The position numbers were made by a program, and so were the translations under genes. A stretch of DNA of 62,334 nucleotides from Gaiellaceae bacterium (lineage in GTDB: Bacteria; Actinomycetota; Thermoleophilia; Gaiellales; Gaiellaceae), in the NCBI GenBank assembly GCA_035525905.1, contig DATLDK010000087.1, forward strand, positions 1 to 62,334, in the 5' to 3' direction. The notes beneath the pieces were generated by a model that was not told where the DNA came from, searched no databases, and was given only the letters and a program-made list of their open reading frames with translations. Of this stretch, positions 1 to 7,993 are shown in pieces; within the stretch, counting starts at the first letter, position 1; every line of letters begins with the position of its first letter.

Positions 1-45
1 GTCGAGCTCGACACACCGCTCGCGTTCCGGATCGAGCCGGGCGCT

Positions 46-564
46 CTACGCGTGCTCGTGCCGCGCGCGCCAGAGTGAGGCGGCCTCGGAGAACGCGCTC
101 GGCCCGATGTCCGCCGGCAGCTCATCGCGCGCGAACCAGCCGAGCTCGACCACGTCGTCCGCGGCTTGCTCGACGCCTCCGAGGACCGCGGCGCGCCAGA
201 GCAGGCACAGCACCGTCCGCTCGCCGTGCGGCTGCGACCACATCCCGAAGAGCTCGCCGGGCTCGATCTCGAGCCCCGTCTCCTCGCGCACCTCGCGGCG
301 GAGGCCGTCGAGCGGCTCCTCGCCCTCTTCGAGGAAGCCGCCGGGGAGTCCCCAGCAACCGGCTCCCGGATCGAACGCTCTCCTGCCGAGGAGAATGCGC
401 CCGTCGTGCTCGATCAGGGCGTGCACGCCCGGGACGGAGTTCGCCCAGGCGACGTAGCTGCAGGACGAGCACGTGAAGCTGGACTGGCGATGCTCACCCT
501 CCGCGCCACACCGGGGACAGAAACGCCAGCCATCGAGGAGCCCCATCCGGCTAACGTAACCCAC
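46..564 (-). CDS. NUDIX hydrolase with N-terminal zinc ribbon (NudC/NADH pyrophosphatase-like)
   Basis: 172-aa ORF. It has a CPRCG...CSSC zinc ribbon followed by the Nudix box GGFLEEGEEPLDGLRREVREETGLE. The first codon is GTG at 564; an alternative ATG is at 546. Confidence 0.8.
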   Translation of the reverse strand: MGYVSRMGLLDGWRFCPRCGAEGEHRQSSFTCSSCSYVAWANSVPGVHALIEHDGRILLGRRAFDPGAGCWGLPGGFLEEGEEPLDGLRREVREETGLEIEPGELFGMWSQPHGERTVLCLLWRAAVLGGVEQAADDVVELGWFARDELPADIGPSAFSEAASLWRARHEHA

Positions 565-565
565 G

Positions 566-940
566 GTGAGCCCCCGTCACGTCCCTGCCACGGCCCACGA
601 GCTGACCCGCGTCGGGCTGCTCTCCGGCCTGCCGGGAGAACAGCTCACGAGGCTCGCGGCGCGGCTCGAGCGCGAGGACGTCGCGCCAGGCGCAACGGTC
701 GTGCGTCAGGGCGAGGAGGGGGACCGCTTCTACGTCGTCCTCTCCGGGATGCTGAACGTGACCCAGGAGGGGATCGGCGAGCGCCGCATGCTGCGGCCCG
801 GCGACACCTTCGGCGAGGTGGCGCTCGCGATGGGGATCCCGCGAACCGCTTCCGTGCGCGCGGTCACGCCGGCGGTGGTCGCGAGCTGCGATCAACAGAC
901 GTTCGACGAGCTCCTGCGGCCGCTATTCGCCGATGAGTGA
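566..940 (+). CDS. stand-alone cyclic-nucleotide-binding (CAP effector) domain protein
   Basis: 124-aa ORF with RQGEEGDRFYVVLSG ... FGEVAL ... PRTASVRAV, typical of a cNMP-binding beta-roll. No output domain is present. Confidence 0.7.
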   Translation: MSPRHVPATAHELTRVGLLSGLPGEQLTRLAARLEREDVAPGATVVRQGEEGDRFYVVLSGMLNVTQEGIGERRMLRPGDTFGEVALAMGIPRTASVRAVTPAVVASCDQQTFDELLRPLFADE

Positions 941-1649
941 CGTTCTGCTGCTGCACGCGGGCATCGCGGACAGACGCATGTGGAAGCCGCAGGTGGAGGC
1001 GCTCGAGGCTGCCGGTCACCGCACGGTCGCGCCTGACCTGCCCGGGTTCGGCGAGGCGACGCTGGAGGCAGGAGTCGTCGACTATCTCGCCTTTGCGAGG
1101 GCGCAGCTCTCGGGCGCGGCCGCCGTCGTAGGCTGCTCGTTCGGAGGCCGGATCGCGCTCGAGCTCGCCGTGGCGGAACCCGACGTCGTGGAGCGCCTGG
1201 TCCTGATCGGCGCCGGCCTCGGTTCCTGGGACTGGTCCGACACAGCGCAGGCCGGTTTTGCCGAGGAAGAGGAGGCCCTCGAGCGAGGCGAGCTTGCGGC
1301 CGCCGCGTCGCAGCAAGCTCGGATGTGGCTGACCCCCCACACGGACCCGGACGTGCGCGAGCTGACCGAGGCGATGGTGCTGCGCTCCTACGAGCAGCAG
1401 CTACCCGTGGAGGGGCAGGTGCAGGCGTCCTGGCCGGACGTATCGGCCGAGTCCCGGCTGGGCGAGATTGACGTTCCGACGCTGATCGTCGTCGGCACCG
1501 AGGACCTCGAGGACATCACGGCCATGGCCGCGAAGCTCGTGGCCGAGATCCCCGGCGCGCGCCTGGCGACGATCGAGGGTGCCGGGCATCTCCCGAGCCT
1601 CGAGCGGCCGGACGAGGTCAACCGGCTGCTGCTCGAGTTCCTTCGCTGA
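933..1649 (+). CDS. alpha/beta-fold hydrolase
   Basis: 238-aa ORF. It has the nucleophile elbow VVGCSFGGRIALELA and a C-terminal GAGHLPSLERPDEV. Its ATG overlaps the upstream stop by 8 nt. Confidence 0.8.
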   Translation: MSDVLLLHAGIADRRMWKPQVEALEAAGHRTVAPDLPGFGEATLEAGVVDYLAFARAQLSGAAAVVGCSFGGRIALELAVAEPDVVERLVLIGAGLGSWDWSDTAQAGFAEEEEALERGELAAAASQQARMWLTPHTDPDVRELTEAMVLRSYEQQLPVEGQVQASWPDVSAESRLGEIDVPTLIVVGTEDLEDITAMAAKLVAEIPGARLATIEGAGHLPSLERPDEVNRLLLEFLR

Positions 1650-2439
1650 CGACGGCGTCCGACAGCGCCGGCCACGCGGTCTTCGCCCACTCGCCGAACT
1701 CGCGGTCGGTCAGGCACGCGAGCGCGAGCGCCCGCTCGGGATCGACCCAGAGAAACGTCCCGGCCCCCCCGAAATGGCCGAACGTCGACGGCGAGGGGAG
1801 GGTCCCGGTCCAGTGGTTCGGCTTCGCATCCTTCAGCTCGAACCCGAGGCCCCAATCGAGCGGGTCGAAGCGGCCAACCCCGGGGAGGACCCCCTTCAGG
1901 CCCGGGAACTGAACCGCCGTGGCTTCGGCGAGCGTCTCGGGGGCGAGAAGCCTCGGCTGCAGCAGCTCGAGCGCGAGGAGCTCGAGGTCGGCGAGCGTGC
2001 CGTGGACGTCTGCGCCGGCGGACCCGCGCAGCTCCGCCTGCATTCCGAGCGGCCGGAAGACGGCGGCGGCGAGGTACTCCGGGAATGGGATCTCCGTTCG
2101 CGCCGCGACGTGCGCGGCGAGTACCTCGAAGCCCTGGTTGGAATAGATCCGGCGCTCTCCCGGACGCGCGATCGGACCGCCCTCGTCGAAGGGAAGCCCA
2201 CTCGTGTGGGCGAGCAGGTGCCGCACGCTCGACGCGGGCGGCCCCGCGGGCTCGTCCAGGTCGACCGCCCCCTCCTCCACGGCCACGAGCGTCGCAAGCG
2301 CGGTCGCGAGCTTCGTTACCGACGCCCAGCGGAAGACGTGATCGGCCGGCCCGTGCCGTGCGACCAGCCCCTCCGGCCCCACGACGGCGGCCGCGGCATG
2401 CTCGGCTTCCCAGGGATCGATCCGGCGGAGCGCGTCCAC
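1618..2439 (-). CDS. serine hydrolase, beta-lactamase-related family
   Basis: The C-terminal 274 codons of the 1618..2934 ORF carry the S-x-x-K motif (FRWASVTKLATA). I trimmed the start to the in-frame GTG at 2439 because the upstream part is antisense to the ybdK-like gene. Confidence 0.65.
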   Translation of the reverse strand: MDALRRIDPWEAEHAAAAVVGPEGLVARHGPADHVFRWASVTKLATALATLVAVEEGAVDLDEPAGPPASSVRHLLAHTSGLPFDEGGPIARPGERRIYSNQGFEVLAAHVAARTEIPFPEYLAAAVFRPLGMQAELRGSAGADVHGTLADLELLALELLQPRLLAPETLAEATAVQFPGLKGVLPGVGRFDPLDWGLGFELKDAKPNHWTGTLPSPSTFGHFGGAGTFLWVDPERALALACLTDREFGEWAKTAWPALSDAVVSEGTRAAAG

Positions 2440-2463
2440 GGCGCGCGATACTAGCCGCCTCGC

Positions 2464-3663
2464 GTGAAGCAGATTTACCCCAATTCCATCACCGGCAAGG
2501 GCGCTCCCGCGGGCGGCAGCGTCCTCGATCACAAGTTCGGGCAGTCCGATCCGTACACGCTCGGCGTCGAGGAGGAGTACATGTTGCTCGACGGCGAGAC
2601 GTTCGACCTCGTCCAGCACATCGACACCGTGCTCAGGGCGATCACGGGGCACGAGCTCGAGCCCAGGATCAACGCGGAGCTGATGCAGTCCGTGCTCGAG
2701 ATCGCGACTCCCGTGTGCCGCAACGCGGGCGACGTCCAGCGCGAGCTGCTGGAGCTCCGCGGCTACGTGACCGGAATCGCCCGGCAGAAGGGCCTCCGCG
2801 TCGGGTCGGCCGGCACACACCCGTTCAGCCTCTTCGAGCGCCAGCGGATCACGGCCCGCGACCGCTACCGGAACCTCGTCGACCAGCTGCAATACATCGC
2901 GCGCCGCGAGCTCATCTTCGGCATGCACGTCCACGTCGCCGTCGACGATCCGGAGAAGGCGATCCAGGTCGTGAACGGGCTATTGACTCAGCTCGGGCCG
3001 CTCCTCGCCCTGTCGGCATCGTCGCCGTTCTGGCGCGGCGAGCCGACGGGCCTCTCGTCGTCCAGGCAGATGGTCTTCGCCGCGTTTCCCCGTTCCGGCC
3101 CGCCGCCACGCTTCCGCGACTACGCGGACTACGCGGAGGTGGTCGGCCAGCTGGAGCGCACCGGGTGCATCGCGGACTACACCCACATCTGGTGGGACAT
3201 CCGCCTGCACCCTCGGCTGGGCACGATCGAGATCCGGATCTGCGACGCGGTCACCCGCGTCGAGGACGCCGTCGCCCTTGCGGCCTACTGCCAGGCCCTC
3301 GTCAAGCTCCTCTCGGAGCAGCACGACCGCGGCGAGCAGATCCCCTCCTTCCATCGCATCCTCACGACCGAGAACAAGTGGCTCGCCGCGCGCTACGGAC
3401 TCGAGGCGCCCGTGATGGATCTCGCGACCGGGGCTCGGAATCGCATGCCCGTCGCGCAGCTGATCCGGCGGACCCTGAAGGAGATCGAGCCGCACGCCCG
3501 CGAGCTGGGCTCGGAGCGGGAGCTCGAGGGCATCGGCGAGATCCTCGGGCGCGGCAACGGCTCCGATCGGCAGCTGAGGGTCTTCAACGCCAACCGCGAC
3601 ATCGTCGAGGTCGTCGAGGAGATCGCGAAGGCGACCGAAGCCGCCGTGCCCGCGCGCGCCTAG
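2464..3663 (+). CDS. carboxylate-amine ligase, YbdK / glutamate-cysteine ligase family 2
   Basis: 399-aa ORF with an N-terminal FGQSDPYTLGVEEEYMLLD and overall GCS2-like sequence. The start is GTG. Confidence 0.8.
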   Translation: MKQIYPNSITGKGAPAGGSVLDHKFGQSDPYTLGVEEEYMLLDGETFDLVQHIDTVLRAITGHELEPRINAELMQSVLEIATPVCRNAGDVQRELLELRGYVTGIARQKGLRVGSAGTHPFSLFERQRITARDRYRNLVDQLQYIARRELIFGMHVHVAVDDPEKAIQVVNGLLTQLGPLLALSASSPFWRGEPTGLSSSRQMVFAAFPRSGPPPRFRDYADYAEVVGQLERTGCIADYTHIWWDIRLHPRLGTIEIRICDAVTRVEDAVALAAYCQALVKLLSEQHDRGEQIPSFHRILTTENKWLAARYGLEAPVMDLATGARNRMPVAQLIRRTLKEIEPHARELGSERELEGIGEILGRGNGSDRQLRVFNANRDIVEVVEEIAKATEAAVPARA

Positions 3664-4493
3664 GGCGTCGCGAGCGACCTCACGTTGAACGACGTCGTGT
3701 CGACGACCGCGAGCCGGTTGCCGCCGGGCCGCGCCAGCACGAGCGAGCGGCCGGCGTCGGCGAGCGACAGGCGCACCAGGGAGAGCGTCTCCGTGCTCGA
3801 CTGCCAAGGCAGGTCGATGCACACCGCCCGCCTGTTGGACGTGTTCAGCGCGTGGACGAAGGCGGTGCCGTTCGGCTTGGCGTAGAACGTGTACGCCCAG
3901 GCCCCGTTCGCGCTGCGCGCGCGCGACCATGGCGAGCCGTTCATCGCCGCCTCGTCCTCCTCGCCTTTGGCGACGATCGCGCCGCCGACCGGCTTCCCGG
4001 TGACCAGGCTTACGGCCCGGACGCTGTAGGGAGCGTTTGGTCCGGAGCCGTGGTACTGGACCGCAAAGAGCGTGCGTGCATCGCGCGAGAGCGCGTCGAA
4101 CGACCAGAGACCCGGCAGGGTCACGGTCTTCCGCAGCTGCAGCCGCGCCGTGCTCAGAACTACGAAGCGCGTCCGGTCGCCGGCGCCGAAGCCCGCGAGG
4201 ACGAGCGTGCGGCCGTCGCGCGAGACGCCCTCCGTCGTGCCGTCGTAGGCGACGATCGGGACGCCGAAGCCGCCCTTGATCGTCGAGTAGCGGAGCATGC
4301 GGCCGTCGCTCGTGCGCACAGCAGCGACGATCGTCGATCGTGCCACCGGCATCACGACGTAGCGGACACCGCGCGTCGCATCGAGCGTCCCATCCCAGCC
4401 CGTCATCAGCCCGGGCGACGGTCCTCCTCCGCCGGCAGCCGCGCCAGACACGAGCGCGAGCGGGACGAGTGCGAGTGCGAGCAGCCTGAGCAT
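3660..4493 (-). CDS. secreted hypothetical protein
   Basis: The last 277 codons of the 3660..5519 ORF begin with the signal peptide MLRLLALALVPLALVSGAAAG. GC3 is high. I recognise no family. Confidence 0.6.
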   Translation of the reverse strand: MLRLLALALVPLALVSGAAAGGGGPSPGLMTGWDGTLDATRGVRYVVMPVARSTIVAAVRTSDGRMLRYSTIKGGFGVPIVAYDGTTEGVSRDGRTLVLAGFGAGDRTRFVVLSTARLQLRKTVTLPGLWSFDALSRDARTLFAVQYHGSGPNAPYSVRAVSLVTGKPVGGAIVAKGEEDEAAMNGSPWSRARSANGAWAYTFYAKPNGTAFVHALNTSNRRAVCIDLPWQSSTETLSLVRLSLADAGRSLVLARPGGNRLAVVDTTSFNVRSLATP

Positions 4494-4586
4494 GAGCGGC
4501 CTCCTTCGACGATGACACCACCTGTACACCCCCGAGGCCCCGAGAGGTCCCTGGACCTCCGGCTTGCGCCGCGCCGTAGAGAGGAC

Positions 4587-5546
4587 ATGGACAGACGCGA
4601 GTTCCTCGCCGCGGCTGCGACGCCCCTCCTCCTCGGCGTCGCGCCCGCGCTCGCGCGGCCCGCGGGCGGCCTCCCGCTCGCGCTCGTGACGGCCGATCTC
4701 GAGTCCAGCGTCATCGCGGTGGAGCTTCCCGGCGGTCGCGTCTACCGTCGCTTGCGGACCCCGGCCGATCCGCGCAGCATCGAATCGGTCGGTGGCATTG
4801 GCGCGATCGTGGCGCACACGAGCTCTGGACGGGTGTCGCTCATCGACTCCAGCCTCCGGGTGCGACCGATCCGGGGGCCTTTCGGCGCACCGCGCTACAC
4901 CGCGGTCTCGGACGATCTGCGTCACGCGTACGTCACCGACTCGGAGCGGCGGGAGGTGGCAATCGTCGATCTGCGCGCCCGGCGGGTCGTCCGGCGTGTT
5001 CCGGTGGGCGGGCCCGCGCGACATGTGACGCTCGACGTGCTCGGCAGGCGACTCTGGGTCGTACTGGGCTCGAAGAGCGCGGAGGTCGCGATTGTCGGCC
5101 TCGACCATCCCGGCGGCCCCAGGGTGGTCGATCGCGTGACGCCGCCCTTCCTTGCGCACGACGTCGGCTACGAGCCACACGGCGCTCACGTCTGGGTGAC
5201 GTCGGGCGACCGGAATCGGCTCGCGATCTACGACGATCACACGCTTCGGCTCGTGCGCACTTTGCGTGGCGACGCACCGCCTCAGCATGTGACGTTCCTC
5301 GGCGGCCGGGCCTTCGTGACGAGCGGCGACGATGCCGTACTCCGTACGCACGCGCTCGACGGCCGGCTTGTCCACTCGGCGCCCATCCCGGTCGGCTCGT
5401 ACAACGTGCAGCAGGGATTCGGAACGATCTTCACGCCGTCGCTCTCCCAGGGCACGCTCTGCACCTTCAGCGCTCGTGGAGCGCCGCTGGAGCGTGTGCG
5501 AGTCGCGCGCTCCTCGCACGATGCGTGCTTCGTGATGGTCGCGTGA
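4587..5546 (+). CDS. Tat-exported beta-propeller repeat protein (YVTN/lactonase-like repeats)
   Basis: The tail of the 2085..5546 ORF starts at ATG 4587 with the twin-arginine signal MDRREFLAAAATPLLLGVAPALA. Repeated AYVTDS / VWVTSGD / AFVTSGDD blades follow. Confidence 0.7.
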   Translation: MDRREFLAAAATPLLLGVAPALARPAGGLPLALVTADLESSVIAVELPGGRVYRRLRTPADPRSIESVGGIGAIVAHTSSGRVSLIDSSLRVRPIRGPFGAPRYTAVSDDLRHAYVTDSERREVAIVDLRARRVVRRVPVGGPARHVTLDVLGRRLWVVLGSKSAEVAIVGLDHPGGPRVVDRVTPPFLAHDVGYEPHGAHVWVTSGDRNRLAIYDDHTLRLVRTLRGDAPPQHVTFLGGRAFVTSGDDAVLRTHALDGRLVHSAPIPVGSYNVQQGFGTIFTPSLSQGTLCTFSARGAPLERVRVARSSHDACFVMVA

Positions 5547-5586
5547 GCGTGGACCTCCCAGGCGGCGCCCGCCGTACAGTCAGCGC

Positions 5587-6093
5587 ATGGCCGCCGGCCG
5601 CGACGAGCGCGCCTCCGTGCGCGCGGCGCAGCGAGGGTCCGCTTCGGGCATCGAGGCGCTCTTTCGGCTGCACTGGCCGAGGGCGCACCGAGCGGCGTTC
5701 CTCGTCGTCCACGACGCAGCGGCGGCGGAGGACATCGCGCAGGAAGCCTTCCTCGCAGCCATCCGCAACCTCGACCGCTTCGACCGCGGCCGCCCGTTCG
5801 GGCCGTGGCTGCACCGCATCGTCGTCAACCGCGCGATCGACTGGACTCGCGCGCGCCAGCTGCGAAACGAAGCCGAGCTCATCGAGACCGAGGCCCCTCT
5901 GGCGGGCCCGGGGCTGGACGACGCGCTCCTCGGCGCACTGGCTGCCCTCCCGCCCGAGCACAGAGCCGTGATCGTCCTCCGCCACCTGCTCGAGTACACG
6001 CCGGGAGAGATCGCCGAGCTCCTGGGCCTGCCACGCGGGACCGTCAACTCCCGCCTGCGCCGCGGCCTCGACGCGTTGCAGGAGCGCGTGTGA
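5587..6093 (+). CDS. RNA polymerase sigma-70 factor, ECF subfamily
   Basis: 168-aa ORF with region 2 (DIAQEAFLAAIRNLDRFD..FGPWLHRIVVNRAID) and region 4 (PGEIAELLGLPRGTVNSRLRRG). Confidence 0.9.
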   Translation: MAAGRDERASVRAAQRGSASGIEALFRLHWPRAHRAAFLVVHDAAAAEDIAQEAFLAAIRNLDRFDRGRPFGPWLHRIVVNRAIDWTRARQLRNEAELIETEAPLAGPGLDDALLGALAALPPEHRAVIVLRHLLEYTPGEIAELLGLPRGTVNSRLRRGLDALQERV

Positions 6094-6971
6094 GGAAGCA
6101 GCTCGAGGGCATCGAGATCTCCGGACAGCACGAGGCGCGTGAGCGCTCGTGGGCCATTGTCCAGGCCGCTTTCGCACAGCGCGAGCGGCAGCCGCGCCGC
6201 CGATCGTGGCGGCCCGTCGCGGCGATCGCACTCCTACTCGTGGTCGCGGCGGGCCTCCTCAGTCCACCGGGACGCGCCGTGCTCGACGGGGTGCGCGACG
6301 CGGTCGGCGTCGAGAAGTCCGAGCCCGCGCTCTTCTCGCTGCCGGCGCCGGGACGGCTGCTCGTGACCGCGGACTCGGGCGCGTGGGTCGTCGACGAGGA
6401 CGGCTCGAAACGCCGGCTCGGCAGCTATCGCGAAGCGTCCTGGTCCCCCTTCGGTCGCTTCGTCGTCGCGTCGCGACGCAACGAGCTGGTCGCGCTGACG
6501 CCCGGAGGCGAGGTGCGCTGGACTCTGGCACGGCCCGACGTGCGCTTCCCACGCTGGGGCGGGACGAACGCGGACACGCGGATCGCGTACCTCTCTGAAG
6601 GCGCGCTCCGCGTCGTCGGCGGTGACGGGCGCGGGGACCGGCTGCTCGACCGCCTCGCAGCCGACCGGGCCCCGGCCTGGCAGCCGGGGCGCGGGCACCG
6701 GCTCGCGTATGCTCGGCGCGACGGCACCGTCCGGGTGGTGGACGCCGACACCGGCGCTCTCGTCGGCCGCGACGCGGCGAGCTCGCTCGATGAGCCGACG
6801 CCGACCGTTTCTCCCGACGGCCGCTGGCGCGTGGTCGGGTGGGCGGACGCGGATCAATTGGTCTTCACCCGCCTTGGCCGGCCCAGGCAGATCCGCGCCG
6901 TGTCGAACGTGTCGGCCCAGTTCCGCTCACGATCGTTCCCTACGATCAGCGGATGGTGCTGCGCGCCCTGA
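6090..6971 (+). CDS. single-pass membrane protein with extracytoplasmic TolB/WD40-like propeller; putative anti-sigma partner
   Basis: GTG 6090 overlaps the sigma-factor stop (GTGA). The protein has one TM segment (VAAIALLLVVAAGLL) and SPDGRW-type repeats. No classical HxxxCxxC anti-sigma motif is present. Confidence 0.55.
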   Translation: MRKQLEGIEISGQHEARERSWAIVQAAFAQRERQPRRRSWRPVAAIALLLVVAAGLLSPPGRAVLDGVRDAVGVEKSEPALFSLPAPGRLLVTADSGAWVVDEDGSKRRLGSYREASWSPFGRFVVASRRNELVALTPGGEVRWTLARPDVRFPRWGGTNADTRIAYLSEGALRVVGGDGRGDRLLDRLAADRAPAWQPGRGHRLAYARRDGTVRVVDADTGALVGRDAASSLDEPTPTVSPDGRWRVVGWADADQLVFTRLGRPRQIRAVSNVSAQFRSRSFPTISGWCCAP

Positions 6972-7552
6972 TCGTCGCGGCGGTCCTGGTGGCTCCGGCG
7001 GAACAGCTCGGCCGCTCGTACGAAGGAAGGGCCATCGAGGTCGTGCACGTAGGCGGCCCGGGCAAGCGGATCCTCGTCTTCGGCTGCATTCACGGTGACG
7101 AGTGCGAAGGGATCGAAGTGACGACGCTGCTCCAGCAGGCGCGCTCGAAGGCCGACCTCTGGCTCGTTCCCCAGCTGAACCCGGACGGTTACGCGCGCGG
7201 GACGCGGCCGAACGCGCACGGCGTCGATCTCAATCGCGACTTCGTCGCCGCAACACAGCGCGAGACTCGCATCGCGCGCAGGCTGATCCTGCGGATTCGG
7301 CCAGACGTCACCATCTGGTTCCACCAGCCACAGGCCGTGATCCGCGCCTGGGGCCCGAGCCGGGCGACCGCCCGTCGCTATGCACGGCTCGCCGGGGCGC
7401 CGTATCGATCGTGGATCTGGCCGCCGGGCAGCGCTTCGCGCTGGCAGAACGGCCTGGGCGAGATCTCCTTCGTCGTCGAGCTCGGCCCGGGTGAGCTGAA
7501 GGACGCCGTGGCGCGCAGGCACGCGGCGGCCGTGCTCCGCCTCGCCGAGTAG
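6953..7552 (+). CDS. M14-family zinc carboxypeptidase-like protein
   Basis: From ATG 6953 (MVLRALIVAAVLVAP). Motifs are GCIHGDECEG, NPDGY and HGVDLNRDF. Confidence 0.75.
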   Translation: MVLRALIVAAVLVAPAEQLGRSYEGRAIEVVHVGGPGKRILVFGCIHGDECEGIEVTTLLQQARSKADLWLVPQLNPDGYARGTRPNAHGVDLNRDFVAATQRETRIARRLILRIRPDVTIWFHQPQAVIRAWGPSRATARRYARLAGAPYRSWIWPPGSASRWQNGLGEISFVVELGPGELKDAVARRHAAAVLRLAE

Positions 7553-7561
7553 ATTCGCGCG

Positions 7562-7993
7562 GTGTTCTGGCTCGACAACGGCACGCAAGCCGAGCTCGAT
7601 GAGCTCCTCGACCGCGGTCCGGTGCTGCTCCTCTTCTACCTCTTCGACTGGTCGCCGACCTGAACGCAGGAGCTGCGTCTCCTGCGTGACAGGAGCGCCG
7701 ATTTCGAGCAGGCAGGCGTGCGGGTCTTCGGCGTCTCCCGCGATTCGCACTGGTCGCACCGCGCGTGGAAGGAGTCGCTCGGAATCGAGGTGCCGCTCCT
7801 CTCAGACTGGAACGGCGCGCTCGCGAAGCGCTTCGGCGCAGCGCGGGTCTGGCGCTGGATGGAAGGGGTGCCGCGGCGCAGTGCCTTCCTCGTCGGCGAG
7901 GACGGTACGGTGCTCGGATCGTGGCGGTACGAGGACTCGGACGTGCCCGACTTCGACGAGCTGCTCGCGGCCGCGCGGGCGTTGGCGGGCTAG
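7562..7993 (+). CDS. peroxiredoxin-like (AhpC/TSA/BCP family) candidate selenoprotein; in-frame TGA 7661-7663 read as Sec
   Basis: Reading the frame of ORF 7718..7993 from GTG 7562 gives ...VLLLFYLFDWSPT-TGA-TQELRLLRD..., the Prx active-site block with TGA at the peroxidatic Cys position. There are no other stops, and a hairpin lies directly 3' of the TGA. Confidence 0.7.
7664..7687 (+). promoter_or_regulatory. candidate bacterial SECIS hairpin
   Basis: ACGCAGGAG (7664-7672) and CTCCTGCGT (7679-7687) form a perfect 9-bp stem with loop CTGCGT. The stem starts 1 nt after the in-frame TGA. Confidence 0.55.

Noticed and set aside
2085-4586. The N-terminal ~830 codons of the 1153-aa ORF 2085..5546. 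Comparable 5' extensions occur in ORFs 10377..14471, 58347..61523, 34713..36968, 56542..59199, 3660..5519 and 1618..2934.
   Set aside because: The upstream portions are RPRA-type low-complexity sequence overlapping well-supported genes in other frames or strands. Plausible internal starts exist with signal peptides or conserved N-termini, so I trimmed the models.
7661-7663. An alternative reading of the TGA codons at 7661 and 24206 as genuine stops, giving pseudogenes, split genes or a sequencing error.
   Set aside because: In both cases the TGA aligns exactly with the catalytic Cys/Sec residue of the family, and the downstream frame stays open and conserved. The Prx TGA is also followed by a perfect hairpin. 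Two independent such cases in one window favour Sec decoding, but this remains unproven without the sel genes.
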